Source of the DNA: a bacterium
Lineage (GTDB): Bacteria; UBA8248
NCBI GenBank assembly: GCA_965203325.1
Contig: OZ241875.1
Span: 160,001-224,000, forward strand
Length of the DNA: 64,000 bases
Reading direction: 5' to 3'
In this document: piece after piece, positions 8,196 through 18,066 of the stretch
How the letters are laid out: each line of letters starts with the position of its first letter
How positions within the stretch are numbered: the first letter of the stretch is position 1
Position numbers and translations under genes: made by a program
Notes under the pieces: model-generated
The model's database searches: none
The model's input: only the letters and a program-made list of their open reading frames with translations
Told to the model about the DNA's origin: nothing

Positions 8196-9419
8196 TTGAA
8201 TGCCTTGAAGAAATGGCAACTCCTCGGCCTGCTCACCATCGGCCACGCTTGCGAACACTGGTTCCAGGGCGTTCTGGGGCCCGTCATCCCCTACCTGACC
8301 GACGATCTGGGCCTCACGCTCACCCAGGTGGGACTCCTCTTCACCGGCAGAGCGGTCATGAGCGCCTTGAGCAGCGTGGGAACGGGCTACGTCATCGACG
8401 TCTACGGCGGCGGAAAATGGCTGCTGGTCGGGTGCATGGCTTCGGCCGCCCTGTTCTACGGCGGGGCGGGCTTCGCGACGGGATTCTGGACGCTCGCCCC
8501 CATCATCTGGCTGAGCGGTCTGGCGACGCACACCTGGCACCCTCCCTCCATGGGGCTGCTGGGCATGCGCTTCGATGATCGAAAGGGTTTCGCGCTGGGC
8601 GTGCACGGCACGGGCGCGAACCTGGGGCAGACCCTGGCGCCCATCATCGCGGGTTATCTGCTCCTCCTCATGAGCTGGCGGGGCGTCCTGCTGGCGAACA
8701 CGATTCCTCTTCTCGTCACGGCGATGCTCTTGTGGATTTTTCTGGAGCCGTTCCAGATCAGCGGAAAGCAAAAACCCGGCTCCTCGATCACCCCCCGCAA
8801 TTTCGTGGATGCGCTCATCAAAAACCCGGGGATGATGGGGGCTTGCGTCCTCTCGGGCGTGCGGACGCTCGCGCACAACATCGTCGCGATTTTCCTGCCC
8901 ATCCTGCTGGTGAGAAAATACGGCGTGGGGCCGAGCACCCTGGGCCTTGCGCTCGGCGTGTATTCGGCGGCCTCCATATTTCCCGAAACGATCGTGGGCT
9001 ATCTCTCCGACAGGATTTCCCGAAAATTGATCCTCTTCATCGGGACCGCCGCCGGCGGAATCGCGCTGTTCCTGATCCCCCACGCGGGCACGGGAATTTC
9101 CCTCTACGCCTGCATCGCGTCGGTCGGCGTTTTTCTCATCTCCATGCGCTCGGTGATTTTCGCATACAGCTTCGAGGTCAGCCCGCCCAGGCTGGCGGGA
9201 AGCGTCGTCGGCGTTATTTTTACGGCGAACCAGATTTTCGTTGGCCTGGGGTTGTTCTTTCTGGGTATACTGGCGGACGCATACGGCTTGGAGCTCGTTT
9301 TCGGGACCATCGGCATCGCATGTCTGGGGAGTCTGGTCGCTTTCTCCTGGTTGCCTCGATCGGAGAAGAATTCGGACCTTCGCCAGGCAGCGGCGAATCC
9401 GGGAGATCCTGTGCGCTAG
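8196..9419 (+). CDS. MFS transporter (Fsr-like)
   Basis: 407 aa, about 12 TM segments, GYLSDRISRK motif A, WHPPS and G-x-HG-x-GAN-x-G motifs; TTG start. Confidence 0.88.
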   Translation: MNALKKWQLLGLLTIGHACEHWFQGVLGPVIPYLTDDLGLTLTQVGLLFTGRAVMSALSSVGTGYVIDVYGGGKWLLVGCMASAALFYGGAGFATGFWTLAPIIWLSGLATHTWHPPSMGLLGMRFDDRKGFALGVHGTGANLGQTLAPIIAGYLLLLMSWRGVLLANTIPLLVTAMLLWIFLEPFQISGKQKPGSSITPRNFVDALIKNPGMMGACVLSGVRTLAHNIVAIFLPILLVRKYGVGPSTLGLALGVYSAASIFPETIVGYLSDRISRKLILFIGTAAGGIALFLIPHAGTGISLYACIASVGVFLISMRSVIFAYSFEVSPPRLAGSVVGVIFTANQIFVGLGLFFLGILADAYGLELVFGTIGIACLGSLVAFSWLPRSEKNSDLRQAAANPGDPVR

Positions 9420-9449
9420 TCCTTCATGATTTGTGCGGGGGGATGTCAT

Positions 9450-12400
9450 ATGAGCGTTCGGATTGAAGAACATCCGGGATTTTCCCATATCGAAAAACTC
9501 TTGCCGGGCGGCGCCCCCACGCCCGCGGCGAAGGACCTCCTGGCCCTGATCGGGGTCAGCGATCCGGTAGGCGTAACCAGAAACCTCCAGTCCCTGGCCT
9601 TACACCCCGCGTTCCCGCGCAACAACTCCGAGTTTTTGCTCCAATTGTTGTCCTCCCTGCGCAACACGTTCGACCCCGAACGCGCCCTGAGCAATTTCGA
9701 GCGCATTCTGGGCACCCGCGAGAACCCGGACCTGCTGTTGAGATCCCTCACCCGCTCGGATGAGCGCAGGGCGGAATTTTTCGCGCTGGCGGGCGGGAGC
9801 CAGTTTCTGATCGAAACGATTCTTCGGCATCCCCGTTTTCTCGACTGGCTCCTTCGGCCCGGCACGCTGAGTACCGCCCGCACGAAGGAAAAAATGGTCT
9901 CCGAGCTATGGAAGTGGGTGCAGGAGAACCAGGATGCACCCAATGGGCCGGAAAACGCGATGCGCCGGTTCCGTCAGCGCGAATACCTGAGAATCGCGGT
10001 GCTGGATCTGTTGCGGCGGGCGTCGCTCATGGAAATCACCACGAATCTCTCCCACCTGGCGGACGCCTGCCTGGAGGTGGCGGTCCGCCTCGCAAGGGCC
10101 GAGCTCGTGGAAAAATACGGGAAACCCCGCCACAAAGGGGCGGACGGGAGATGGCGAAGCACCGAATTCAGCGTGATCGGGATGGGCAAGCTCGGCGGTC
10201 TTGAACTCAACTTCAGTTCGGACATCGATCTGATCTTCGTGTATTCATCGGACGAAGGAGAGACGACCGGGGTGACGGACGCGATCACGGGCCGGACGAA
10301 AAGGAGCATCTCCAACCACGAGTTTTTCGCCCATCTCTCCCGGCGCCTCATATCCCTGATGGCGAAAAACACCGAAGAGGGCCATGTGTTCCGGATAGAC
10401 ACGCGCCTCAGGCCCGAGGGGTCGCAAGGCGCACTGGCGTATTCGCTCAGAAGCTGTGAGGTGTATTACGAATCCTGGGGCGAGACGTGGGAGCGGCAGG
10501 CTCTCATCAAATCCCGGCACTGCGCGGGTTCCGCCGCCTTGAGCGACGACTTCATGAAGATGATTCGCCCGTTCGTGTACCGGCGGACGATGGACATCAG
10601 CGTGCTCGAGGAGATCGGCCGCATCAAGGGCCGCATCAACGAAAACCTCAAAGGCGTGGACGCGGCGACGCGAAACGTGAAGCTCGGCGAAGGCGGCATC
10701 CGCGAGATCGAATTCATCACCCAGGCATTGCAGCTCATCTACGGCGGCCGCGAAACGCTGCTCCAGAACCCGGGCACGCTGGCGGGCCTTTCCATCATCG
10801 AGGCGCTCGGCCTTTTGCCCGCCCATGAATGCGACCAACTCTCGAACGCCTACGTGTTCCTAAGAGACGTGGAGCACCGCGTCCAGGTCACGCACGGGCT
10901 CCAGACGCACGAGGTCCCGGCGGACGAGAAGAGTCTGAACGTGCTGGCCCGCAAGATGGACTGCGCGGAAAGCGCTGAACTGAGAACCCGGCTGGCGTAT
11001 CACCAGAACAACGTATCCAGGGTTTTTGAAAACATGTTCCGGGGTGAAAACGGGGAAGAGGAAACGCCGTCGCCGGGCGGCGCGCCGACGCCGGCGCTTA
11101 CGCTGGGCGACTCGCTGTCCGCCGAGGACCTGGGCTCCTACAGCTTCGTGGACCCCGAAGGCGTGAGCACGCACCTCAAACTCCTGCGCAACGGCGCATC
11201 GCTCGAACACGTGAGCGCCAAGGCGAAGCGGATTTTCGACGAACTACTCCCCCGCATGTTGCACCAGACGCTCGATCTCCCCGAGCCGGACAGGGCCATC
11301 GCGCACCTCAATAAATTCGTGGAGCGGGGGGGCGGGCGCGAATCCATCCTGGGGTTCATGGCCGAGCAGGAAGAATCGCTGGAAATCATTCTCAAACTCT
11401 TCGCTTCGAGCAATTATCTGGCCGAGGTGCTGATCGAACAACCCGGGCTCCTGGAGACGCTCTTTCAGAGGGAAACGCTCACCGAGCCGCGCTCCGAGGC
11501 GCTGCTCGCCGAAGAGCTGAACAAAATAACGGGCGCCCAAATCTCGCCGGAAGAAAAATTCAACCGCCTGCATCTGCTCAAGAAAAGCGAGGAACTCGCC
11601 ATCGGCATCAGAAGCATTCTCGGGGCGGCGGACATCCTCGAAACGCTCTCCGCCCTCTCCCACCTCGCCGAAGCAATACTCAAGAGCGGCTACGATATCG
11701 CCCACGAGAGAATGCTGAAACTCTACGGCGTCCCGATGGAGGAGGAGACGGGGGCGGAAGCCCGGTTCGCCATCATCGGCCTCGGCAAGCTGGGCAGCGG
11801 GGAGATGAACTACGGCTCGGACCTCGACCTGATATTCGTCTACAGCGCCGCCGGGACGACGAGCGGCCAATTCGACGGCAAACCAGCCGAATACCGAGCC
11901 GTCTCGAACCACGAATTCTACATCAAGGTCGCCACGTTCCTGCGCGACAGCCTGGCCGCATCGGGCTCCCGTGAGAGGACATACGAGATGGACCTGCGCC
12001 TGCGGCCCGAAGGAGTGAAGGGCGCATTGGTCGCGCCGGTGGATGTATTCAAAGATTACTTTAATAACCGGGCTGAAACATGGGAAAGACAAGCACTTAC
12101 AAGATCAAGACATGTCGCGGGATGTGAAGGGTTCGGCGCGCAGTTCATGGAGTTGGTGAATGAATTCGTGTATGTGCGCGAAGCGCCCGCGGACCTCGCC
12201 GAACAGGTGCGTCACATGCGCGGACGCATCGAAAAAGAACTCTCCGCCGAGGATGAGGGAATCGCCGACATCAAGCTCGGTCGCGGGGGGATCATCGACA
12301 TCGAGTTCTTGACGCAGTATCTATTGATAGGAAATGGAGGAGCGCATCCGGATATCCGGGTTCCGAACACCTACCTCGCCCTGCAGGCCTTGAAGGAAGC

Positions 12401-12665
12401 GGGTTTTCTCTCGGGCGAGGATGCCGGGGCGTTGCTCGATGGGTACCGCTTCCTGCGCCTCGTCGAGAATCGTCTCCGCATCGGGAATGCGCAATCGATC
12501 AACATCTTTTTGAAAACGAGACACGCCATGAACATGTTGGCGCGGCGAATGAATTTCGTGGATGATATGGATGGAAGCGCCAACGCCAAATTGTTGGCCC
12601 GGTTCGAAATGCATACGGACCGCGTGAGGCAGGTCTATGAGAAAATCGTAACCGCGAACAAGTGA
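9450..12665 (+). CDS. glnE: Bifunctional glutamine synthetase adenylyltransferase/deadenylase
   Basis: Two nucleotidyltransferase halves: GMGKLGGLELNFSSDIDL and GLGKLGSGEMNYGSDLDL, each with RLRPEG, WERQAL and KLG-x-GGI. Confidence 0.95.
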   Translation: MSVRIEEHPGFSHIEKLLPGGAPTPAAKDLLALIGVSDPVGVTRNLQSLALHPAFPRNNSEFLLQLLSSLRNTFDPERALSNFERILGTRENPDLLLRSLTRSDERRAEFFALAGGSQFLIETILRHPRFLDWLLRPGTLSTARTKEKMVSELWKWVQENQDAPNGPENAMRRFRQREYLRIAVLDLLRRASLMEITTNLSHLADACLEVAVRLARAELVEKYGKPRHKGADGRWRSTEFSVIGMGKLGGLELNFSSDIDLIFVYSSDEGETTGVTDAITGRTKRSISNHEFFAHLSRRLISLMAKNTEEGHVFRIDTRLRPEGSQGALAYSLRSCEVYYESWGETWERQALIKSRHCAGSAALSDDFMKMIRPFVYRRTMDISVLEEIGRIKGRINENLKGVDAATRNVKLGEGGIREIEFITQALQLIYGGRETLLQNPGTLAGLSIIEALGLLPAHECDQLSNAYVFLRDVEHRVQVTHGLQTHEVPADEKSLNVLARKMDCAESAELRTRLAYHQNNVSRVFENMFRGENGEEETPSPGGAPTPALTLGDSLSAEDLGSYSFVDPEGVSTHLKLLRNGASLEHVSAKAKRIFDELLPRMLHQTLDLPEPDRAIAHLNKFVERGGGRESILGFMAEQEESLEIILKLFASSNYLAEVLIEQPGLLETLFQRETLTEPRSEALLAEELNKITGAQISPEEKFNRLHLLKKSEELAIGIRSILGAADILETLSALSHLAEAILKSGYDIAHERMLKLYGVPMEEETGAEARFAIIGLGKLGSGEMNYGSDLDLIFVYSAAGTTSGQFDGKPAEYRAVSNHEFYIKVATFLRDSLAASGSRERTYEMDLRLRPEGVKGALVAPVDVFKDYFNNRAETWERQALTRSRHVAGCEGFGAQFMELVNEFVYVREAPADLAEQVRHMRGRIEKELSAEDEGIADIKLGRGGIIDIEFLTQYLLIGNGGAHPDIRVPNTYLALQALKEAGFLSGEDAGALLDGYRFLRLVENRLRIGNAQSINIFLKTRHAMNMLARRMNFVDDMDGSANAKLLARFEMHTDRVRQVYEKIVTANK

Positions 12666-12737
12666 CCCCCGGCGGGAGCCGCCGGCCGGGCAACCCCGCG
12701 CATCCCTTTTCGCACAACCAACGCCAGAGGACTCGAA

Positions 12738-13961
12738 TTGCTTATCAATCCAGATCGTTTTCGCCTGTCCATGGAGGAGATGGCCCGGGTCGGAGCGACT
12801 AAAGGAGGCGGCGTCAACCGCCTCACGCTCACCGACGCCGACAAGGAAGCCAGGGATTTGTTCGCCGCGTGGGTGGGCGAGGCCGGCCTCGATTTGCGGA
12901 TCGACGAGATGGGAAACATGTTCGCAAGGCGCGCGGGCCGGGAAAACGACGCCCCTCCCGCCATGGCGGGCAGCCACCTGGACTCCGTGCCGAACGGCGG
13001 CCGCTTCGATGGCTCGCTGGGCGTACTGGCCGCCCTGGAAGCCGTGAGGACGCTGAACGACAAGAACATATCGACGAGACGCCCGGTAGAGATCGTCAAC
13101 TGGACGAACGAGGAGGGCCCCCGCTTTCCGCCTTCGATGCTCGGAAGCGGCGTGTTCGCGGGCGCGATACCGCTCGAGGCGGCCTATGAGACGAGAGACG
13201 CTGATGGCGCGAGGTTTATCGATGAACTCGAGCGCATCGGCTACCGGGGAGATGCGCCCTGCACCCCCCGGCCGGTCGGGGCCTACCTCGAACTCCACAT
13301 CGAGCAAGGCCCCGCTCTCGTGAGCGAGGGGGTTCAGGTAGGCGTCGTGGAGGGGATTTTCGGCCTAACCTGGCTGCGGGTCGCCATGAAAGGAGAGCGC
13401 GACCACGCCGGCCCCACGCCGATGCACATGCGGCGCGACGCCCTGGTGGGTGCGGCGCGCACGATTGCGGCCATCCGTGAAATCCCGGGGAAACTGCATC
13501 CCGAATTCGTCGCCACGGTGGGGGAATTCTCCCTCTCCCCAGGCGCGATTAACGTCATCCCCGATGACGTGACGTTTTCGGTCGATTTCAGGCACAGCGA
13601 CCCGGAACTGCTCGGTGAGGCGCGAAAGCTCATCGAGGAGGCCGCGCACAGAGAAGCGGAGAAGGAAAATCTCGAGGTTGAGATTCAGGACGTCGGCGGC
13701 TCTACCCCCACCGCTTTTGACGCAAGCGTGGCGCAGGCCGTCAGGAGCGCGTGCGAGGAGTCGGGCTACAGCCACCGCTCCATGTGGAGCGCCGCCGGGC
13801 ACGACGCCCGCTATGCGGCCGACCTCGGGCCCACGGCCATGATCTTCGTGCCCTGCGTCGCCGGCAAGAGCCACTCCGAAGAAGAGGACATGGACTGGGA
13901 GGACGCCTACCGGGGCTGCGACGTCCTGGTGCGCGGGTTGCTGAAAACGGCGGATTCTTGA
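12738..13961 (+). CDS. M20 Zn-dependent amidohydrolase (allantoate / N-carbamoyl-L-amino acid amidohydrolase family)
   Basis: GSHLDSVPNGGRFDG, NEEG, ELHIEQGP, SAAGHDA, SHSEEE. Confidence 0.92.
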   Translation: MLINPDRFRLSMEEMARVGATKGGGVNRLTLTDADKEARDLFAAWVGEAGLDLRIDEMGNMFARRAGRENDAPPAMAGSHLDSVPNGGRFDGSLGVLAALEAVRTLNDKNISTRRPVEIVNWTNEEGPRFPPSMLGSGVFAGAIPLEAAYETRDADGARFIDELERIGYRGDAPCTPRPVGAYLELHIEQGPALVSEGVQVGVVEGIFGLTWLRVAMKGERDHAGPTPMHMRRDALVGAARTIAAIREIPGKLHPEFVATVGEFSLSPGAINVIPDDVTFSVDFRHSDPELLGEARKLIEEAAHREAEKENLEVEIQDVGGSTPTAFDASVAQAVRSACEESGYSHRSMWSAAGHDARYAADLGPTAMIFVPCVAGKSHSEEEDMDWEDAYRGCDVLVRGLLKTADS

Positions 13962-14000
13962 GCGGAACATATTCCACACAGTAAGGATGAGGGGAAACGA

Positions 14001-14840
14001 ATGGCTAGAGTGAAATGGGAAAACGGGGCGCGATGCGCCGTGTGTCTGACTTTCGACGTGGACGGCGAGACGGTCTGGATGGGCCGGGACCCCTCGTTGG
14101 GGGGCCGCCCCATCCACAACTCCATGGGGGCTTACGGCCCCAAGGTGGGGATCCCGCGGATACTCAAGTTGTTGAAGAAATACAACCTGCCCGGCGCTTT
14201 CTACATCCCGAGCTGGACGGTGGAGAAATGGCCCAAGATGACCGAGTCCATCGTGAAGGCGGGGCATGAAATCGGCCACCACGGCCACATTCACGAAAAA
14301 CCCTACCAGATGTGCGACGCCGAACGCGAAGAGGAGTTGCTCGTGCGCGCCCTCGATATCTTAAGGCGCGATACGGGACAGGAAATCCTGGGGTCCCGCA
14401 CCCCCTCGGCGGACCCGAGCGTCCACACGATGGGGCTGCTCAAGAAATACGGGCTTTTGTACCACTCGAACATGATGGACGACGACTGGCCCTACTACCA
14501 CGATTGCGGCCTCGTCGAGTTGCCCACCAAGTGGAGCCTCGACGATTTCATCTTCTTCGCCCACAGCACGAACCCCCCGCTCGGCCACGGCATCCGCGAC
14601 CCCGAATCGGTCTATTCGATATGGGTCGAGGAGTTCGAGGGCACGTATGAGGAAGGCGGATACATCAACATCATGTGCCATCCCCAGATCATCGGCCAGC
14701 ACCACCGGATGCGGATGCTCGAGCGGCTTATTCAGCACATCCTCGCGAAGGGCGACGCCTGGGTCGCCGCACCTGTCGACGTGGCGAAGTGCTGGGCTTC
14801 ACAAAGAAAAGCACCCAGGGCGAGAAGAGCGAGAAGATAG
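14001..14840 (+). CDS. Polysaccharide deacetylase family protein (PuuE/HP0310-like)
   Basis: LTFDVD, YGPKVGIPRIL, HEIGHHGHIH, HPQIIG. Confidence 0.88.
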   Translation: MARVKWENGARCAVCLTFDVDGETVWMGRDPSLGGRPIHNSMGAYGPKVGIPRILKLLKKYNLPGAFYIPSWTVEKWPKMTESIVKAGHEIGHHGHIHEKPYQMCDAEREEELLVRALDILRRDTGQEILGSRTPSADPSVHTMGLLKKYGLLYHSNMMDDDWPYYHDCGLVELPTKWSLDDFIFFAHSTNPPLGHGIRDPESVYSIWVEEFEGTYEEGGYINIMCHPQIIGQHHRMRMLERLIQHILAKGDAWVAAPVDVAKCWASQRKAPRARRARR

Positions 14841-14854
14841 GAAGCAGCCGGCTC

Positions 14855-15292
14855 TCAGAATATCGGGGAGAGCCAGCCCAGCAGGCCGCCGTAAATAGCG
14901 TGGGCGATCACGGCCGTCTGCCACGCCCTGGGGTGGAACTTTCGGCTGAAAAAACCGTGCCCCGTGATGAGCGGGTTGAAGACGCATTGGGAGAAGATCA
15001 GGAGCACCCCGCCCCAGATTAAGCCCCGCACGACGTTTGGCCCGGGAAGATACCCCGCCGCCCAGGTGGCGAATATCAGGCCGAAGATGATCCCGTTCAG
15101 ATGCACCGCGATAAAGCCGAGCGTATAAGGCGGATTCCCCTCGTACGCCTCGCCGAACAGGAGCATCGACACCCCCTTGCCGAAGTCGAGCTTCACCATG
15201 CCTATCTTGTCCGCGATGAGGGCGAAGACGAGATGGGCGTAGGTGGCCAGAAAAGAGGCCGCGCAGACGACGAAAAAGTCACCCGGGTTCAT
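14855..15292 (-). CDS. Small 4-TM membrane protein of unknown function
   Basis: Four hydrophobic segments with intramembrane His (VHLNG, AHAIYG); ATG at 15292 after GGAAGGGG. Confidence 0.7.
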   Translation of the reverse strand: MNPGDFFVVCAASFLATYAHLVFALIADKIGMVKLDFGKGVSMLLFGEAYEGNPPYTLGFIAVHLNGIIFGLIFATWAAGYLPGPNVVRGLIWGGVLLIFSQCVFNPLITGHGFFSRKFHPRAWQTAVIAHAIYGGLLGWLSPIF

Positions 15293-15518
15293 GAATCCCC
15301 TTCCCGCTCGGCGGTAGAATCCTGAATTTTCCAAAAAATTCTTGCAGGGCGCATCCCCGGCGGGGAGGCGTCCCCATGAAGAAGAGAATACAGGTATCGG
15401 CGCGCACGCGCCAAGCCCTGTCCGACCTGATCGAAGACCGTCTGTCGAGTCCCGATGCACGCGCCGATCAGATAAAACCGGCCACGCGGCTCATCGTATA
15501 AGAAGTCCTTGAAGTGGA

Positions 15519-15587
15519 AAACGACATCAGGCAGCCCTCGGCCGATATGCGCCCAAAGAAATTACCCGGCATCTACGGTACTTGACC
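15519..15587 (+). repeat. 69-bp direct repeat, copy 1 (copy 2 at 16724-16792)
   Basis: 61/69 identical by manual alignment; translates as an XRE-HTH-like tail (ENDIRQPSADMRPKKLPGIYG). Confidence 0.85.
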
Positions 15588-15720
15588 GTCAGCATGCCAT
15601 TCCATCCGCAAAAAGTAACAAATGGAGACCATGAACGGGTCGTAGTTGTCGTCGGGCTTGGTTGTGGTGGGATACGAGTCGTCTTTTGCGTCCTGCTCCT
15701 TCCCCGACTTCGGAGCCATC

Positions 15721-15759
15721 TTGCCGTTTGGCCTATTACAGGTTATATTACTGGTAATA
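15721..15759 (+). promoter_or_regulatory. TA operon promoter with tandem palindromic operators
   Basis: TTGCCG-17-TATATT, overlapped by TATTACAGGTTATA (15734-47) and TATTACTGGTAATA (15746-59). Confidence 0.7.
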
Positions 15760-15774
15760 ACAAGGAGGTCAATC

Positions 15775-16077
15775 ATGAGCGATATATCCCGGAGACGTGC
15801 GACAAAAAAATATCGGAGCCGTTTGGCTGAACGCGGCATGGCCCGCTTCGAGGTCCTCGGGCGCGACACCGACAAAGAGCTTATCCGTTCGTTGGCCAGG
15901 CGTTTGGCGGAAGACTGCCCGGAAGCCGATCGTCTGAGGAGCGTCGTCAGCCAAGGCGTCACGGGCGAACCGCCAGGGAAAGGCGGAATCCTTGAAGCAC
16001 TGCGCCGCTCGCCGCTCGTCGGCGCCGAAGCGATTGCATCCCGTCCATTCGAGTCCGGTCGCGAGGTTGATCTGTGA
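15775..16077 (+). CDS. Putative antitoxin / DNA-binding partner of VapC
   Basis: 100 aa, AAGGAGG SD, overlaps vapC by GTGA; RLAERGMARFEV and GGILEALRRSPL motifs. Confidence 0.78.
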   Translation: MSDISRRRATKKYRSRLAERGMARFEVLGRDTDKELIRSLARRLAEDCPEADRLRSVVSQGVTGEPPGKGGILEALRRSPLVGAEAIASRPFESGREVDL

Positions 16078-16508
16078 GCCGGTATCTTCTTGACACCAAT
16101 ATCATCAGCAGTGTCACGAAGCCCGTGCCACCGGAGTCTCTGCTGGTCTGGATGGCCGGGCAGGCTGACGAAAACCTCTTCATATCCGCACTCACCATCG
16201 CCGAGGTCCGACGCAGCGTGCTGGAGAAGCCTGCCGGCCGCAAGCGTGATCAACTTGAAGCGTGGTTCGCGGGTCCGGAAGGTCCACCGGCTCTTTTCGC
16301 CGGCCGCGTGCTCCCCTTCGACGAGAAGGCCGCTCTCGTATGGGCAAGACTTATGGCGGAAGGCAAGGCGCAAGGCCGCTCCCGCAGCGCGCTCGATACG
16401 ATCATCGCTGCGATCGCGGAAGCCAATGAATGTATCGTCGTGACCGACAATGAAAAGGACTTCATCGGCGTCGAGACGTTCAACCCGCTTCGAAACACGG
16501 CGCGATGA
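16074..16508 (+). CDS. vapC: PIN-domain VapC toxin
   Basis: YLLDTNIIS, ISALTIAE, LDTIIAA, VTDNEKDF acidic residues. Confidence 0.93.
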   Translation: MSRYLLDTNIISSVTKPVPPESLLVWMAGQADENLFISALTIAEVRRSVLEKPAGRKRDQLEAWFAGPEGPPALFAGRVLPFDEKAALVWARLMAEGKAQGRSRSALDTIIAAIAEANECIVVTDNEKDFIGVETFNPLRNTAR

Positions 16509-16562
16509 AAAAGCGAGTGCTCAGCGTTCAGTTCGTCATCGCGAGTCACCAAGGAGAACAAG

Positions 16563-16723
16563 ATGTCGAAGACCCGGATAGAGTGGACGGATGCAACCTG
16601 GAATCCCGTGGCGGGATACGCCGTTCCGACAGCCGGCTGCACCGATTGTTACGCCATGGCGATGCGAAGCGCCTGGAGGCCATGGGGGTCGAGAAATATG
16701 CGGAACCGACTCGCCGGAGCGAG
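16563..16723 (+). pseudogene. Phage Gp37/Gp68 (DUF5131) N-terminal remnant
   Basis: MSKTRIEWTDATWNPVAG(Y)..GCTDCYAM, then a frameshift into AKRLEAMGVEKY; first Cys lost; truncated at the direct repeat. Confidence 0.8.
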
Positions 16724-16792
16724 AAACGACATCAGCCAGCCTTCGGCCGAAATGCGCCAGAAGAAATTATCCGGCATCTACGGGGCTTGACC
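16724..16792 (+). repeat. 69-bp direct repeat, copy 2
   Basis: See 15519-15587. Confidence 0.85.
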
Positions 16793-16843
16793 CCGCTCAG
16801 CGAATTCACCACTTGAATCACGCACCTTCGACATCCTTTGCCC

Positions 16844-18025
16844 CTACCCGGTGTACTCCAGGATGTGCATCCCCGCTCCGTTCCGGTCGATCAGGTAGAG
16901 CAGGCCGTTCTCGTCCATGCCGATGTCGTTCGACTGGGCGTAGTCCTTACCGAAGTTCATTTCGGGGATGTAGTGTCCGACTTCCTCAGGCTTGAACGGG
17001 TCCGACACATCGATGGCCCGCAGCCCCGAGTTGAAGTACGTGAGGAAGACAAGGTCCTTCCAGGGGCCTTCCGCAGGGAGATATTCCAGAATGTTGTGCG
17101 CCCCGAAGCGCCCTCCCCGGTTCATGTTCTCTTCCCTGTCCGGTATGTAGGTGGAGACGGGTATCGGATTCGTCTCGTCCCGGATGTCCACCACCCACAT
17201 GAACTGGCTGTGTTCGTAGTTCTCCCGCGCGTTCGCCTCGTCCGTCACCACGACGTACGGCCTGTCGCCGAGCGGCCACACGGTATGCGTGGAGCCGACG
17301 AAGGGCGGCGACCAGCAAAGGCGCCCTACGCACTCGATGTTTCTCAGATCTGCGCAATCGAAAATGCCCATGCCCGCCCCCCAGAAACCGCAGTACATGC
17401 GATCTCCGCGAATGGTGGCGGGGCCGTGGCACGTCCACGAACGCGAGAAATCCTCAGGCTCTTCGTACTCGTAATCAAGACTCAGATCCTGCTGCGGGAG
17501 ACCGACGATGTTGAGCACCTCGGGCTTGAGAGGATTCGTGATGTCGAGAGTCCACATGACCCGGTTTCGCCACCCCTCGGCATGGTTCGGCAGAAACGCG
17601 AGCCCGCGCTCGTTGTCGACGCCGAAACGATGCGGCCCCGTACCGGGCAGATCGAAAAAGCCGACTTCCTTGGGCTCCGCCGGATTCGAGATATCGAAAA
17701 TGCAAAGTCCCGATCGCGCCGCCTCCCCCTCGGGCGTCTTGAGTCGCTCGTGATTCACATAGAGCAGGTCGTCCCCCACGATGCGGACCTTGTGATTGTG
17801 CAGGCCGGGAGGCGCGAACACCTCGGCGATGCGTCTCGGGTTGCTGGGGTCGGATACGTCGTGGACGGTCCAGCCCTCGGGTCCGTCGTAGCTCGCCGTT
17901 CCCACCGCGCCCACATAGGCGTATCCGTTTTTCACCTCGACGATGCTGCCCCCGCCCCATGCCGCGTCCTGGTCGTGTCCTACGAGTCTGAAATTCTTCG
18001 ATTCAGCCGGTGCGCCTTTCGCCAT
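16844..18025 (-). CDS. LVIVD-repeat beta-propeller protein
   Basis: Repeated DVSDPSNP, DISNPAEP, DITNPLKP, DIRDETNP, DVSDPFKP; GAHN. Confidence 0.85.
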   Translation of the reverse strand: MAKGAPAESKNFRLVGHDQDAAWGGGSIVEVKNGYAYVGAVGTASYDGPEGWTVHDVSDPSNPRRIAEVFAPPGLHNHKVRIVGDDLLYVNHERLKTPEGEAARSGLCIFDISNPAEPKEVGFFDLPGTGPHRFGVDNERGLAFLPNHAEGWRNRVMWTLDITNPLKPEVLNIVGLPQQDLSLDYEYEEPEDFSRSWTCHGPATIRGDRMYCGFWGAGMGIFDCADLRNIECVGRLCWSPPFVGSTHTVWPLGDRPYVVVTDEANARENYEHSQFMWVVDIRDETNPIPVSTYIPDREENMNRGGRFGAHNILEYLPAEGPWKDLVFLTYFNSGLRAIDVSDPFKPEEVGHYIPEMNFGKDYAQSNDIGMDENGLLYLIDRNGAGMHILEYTG

Positions 18026-18066
18026 TGTCCGTCTCCTGTGCAGTCGCCGTGAAACCAACAATCAAC

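Noticed and set aside
9504..11097. PGGAPTPA peptide occurring twice in GlnE
   Set aside because: Falls at the start of each duplicated half with different codons; explained by GlnE's internal duplication or linker composition.
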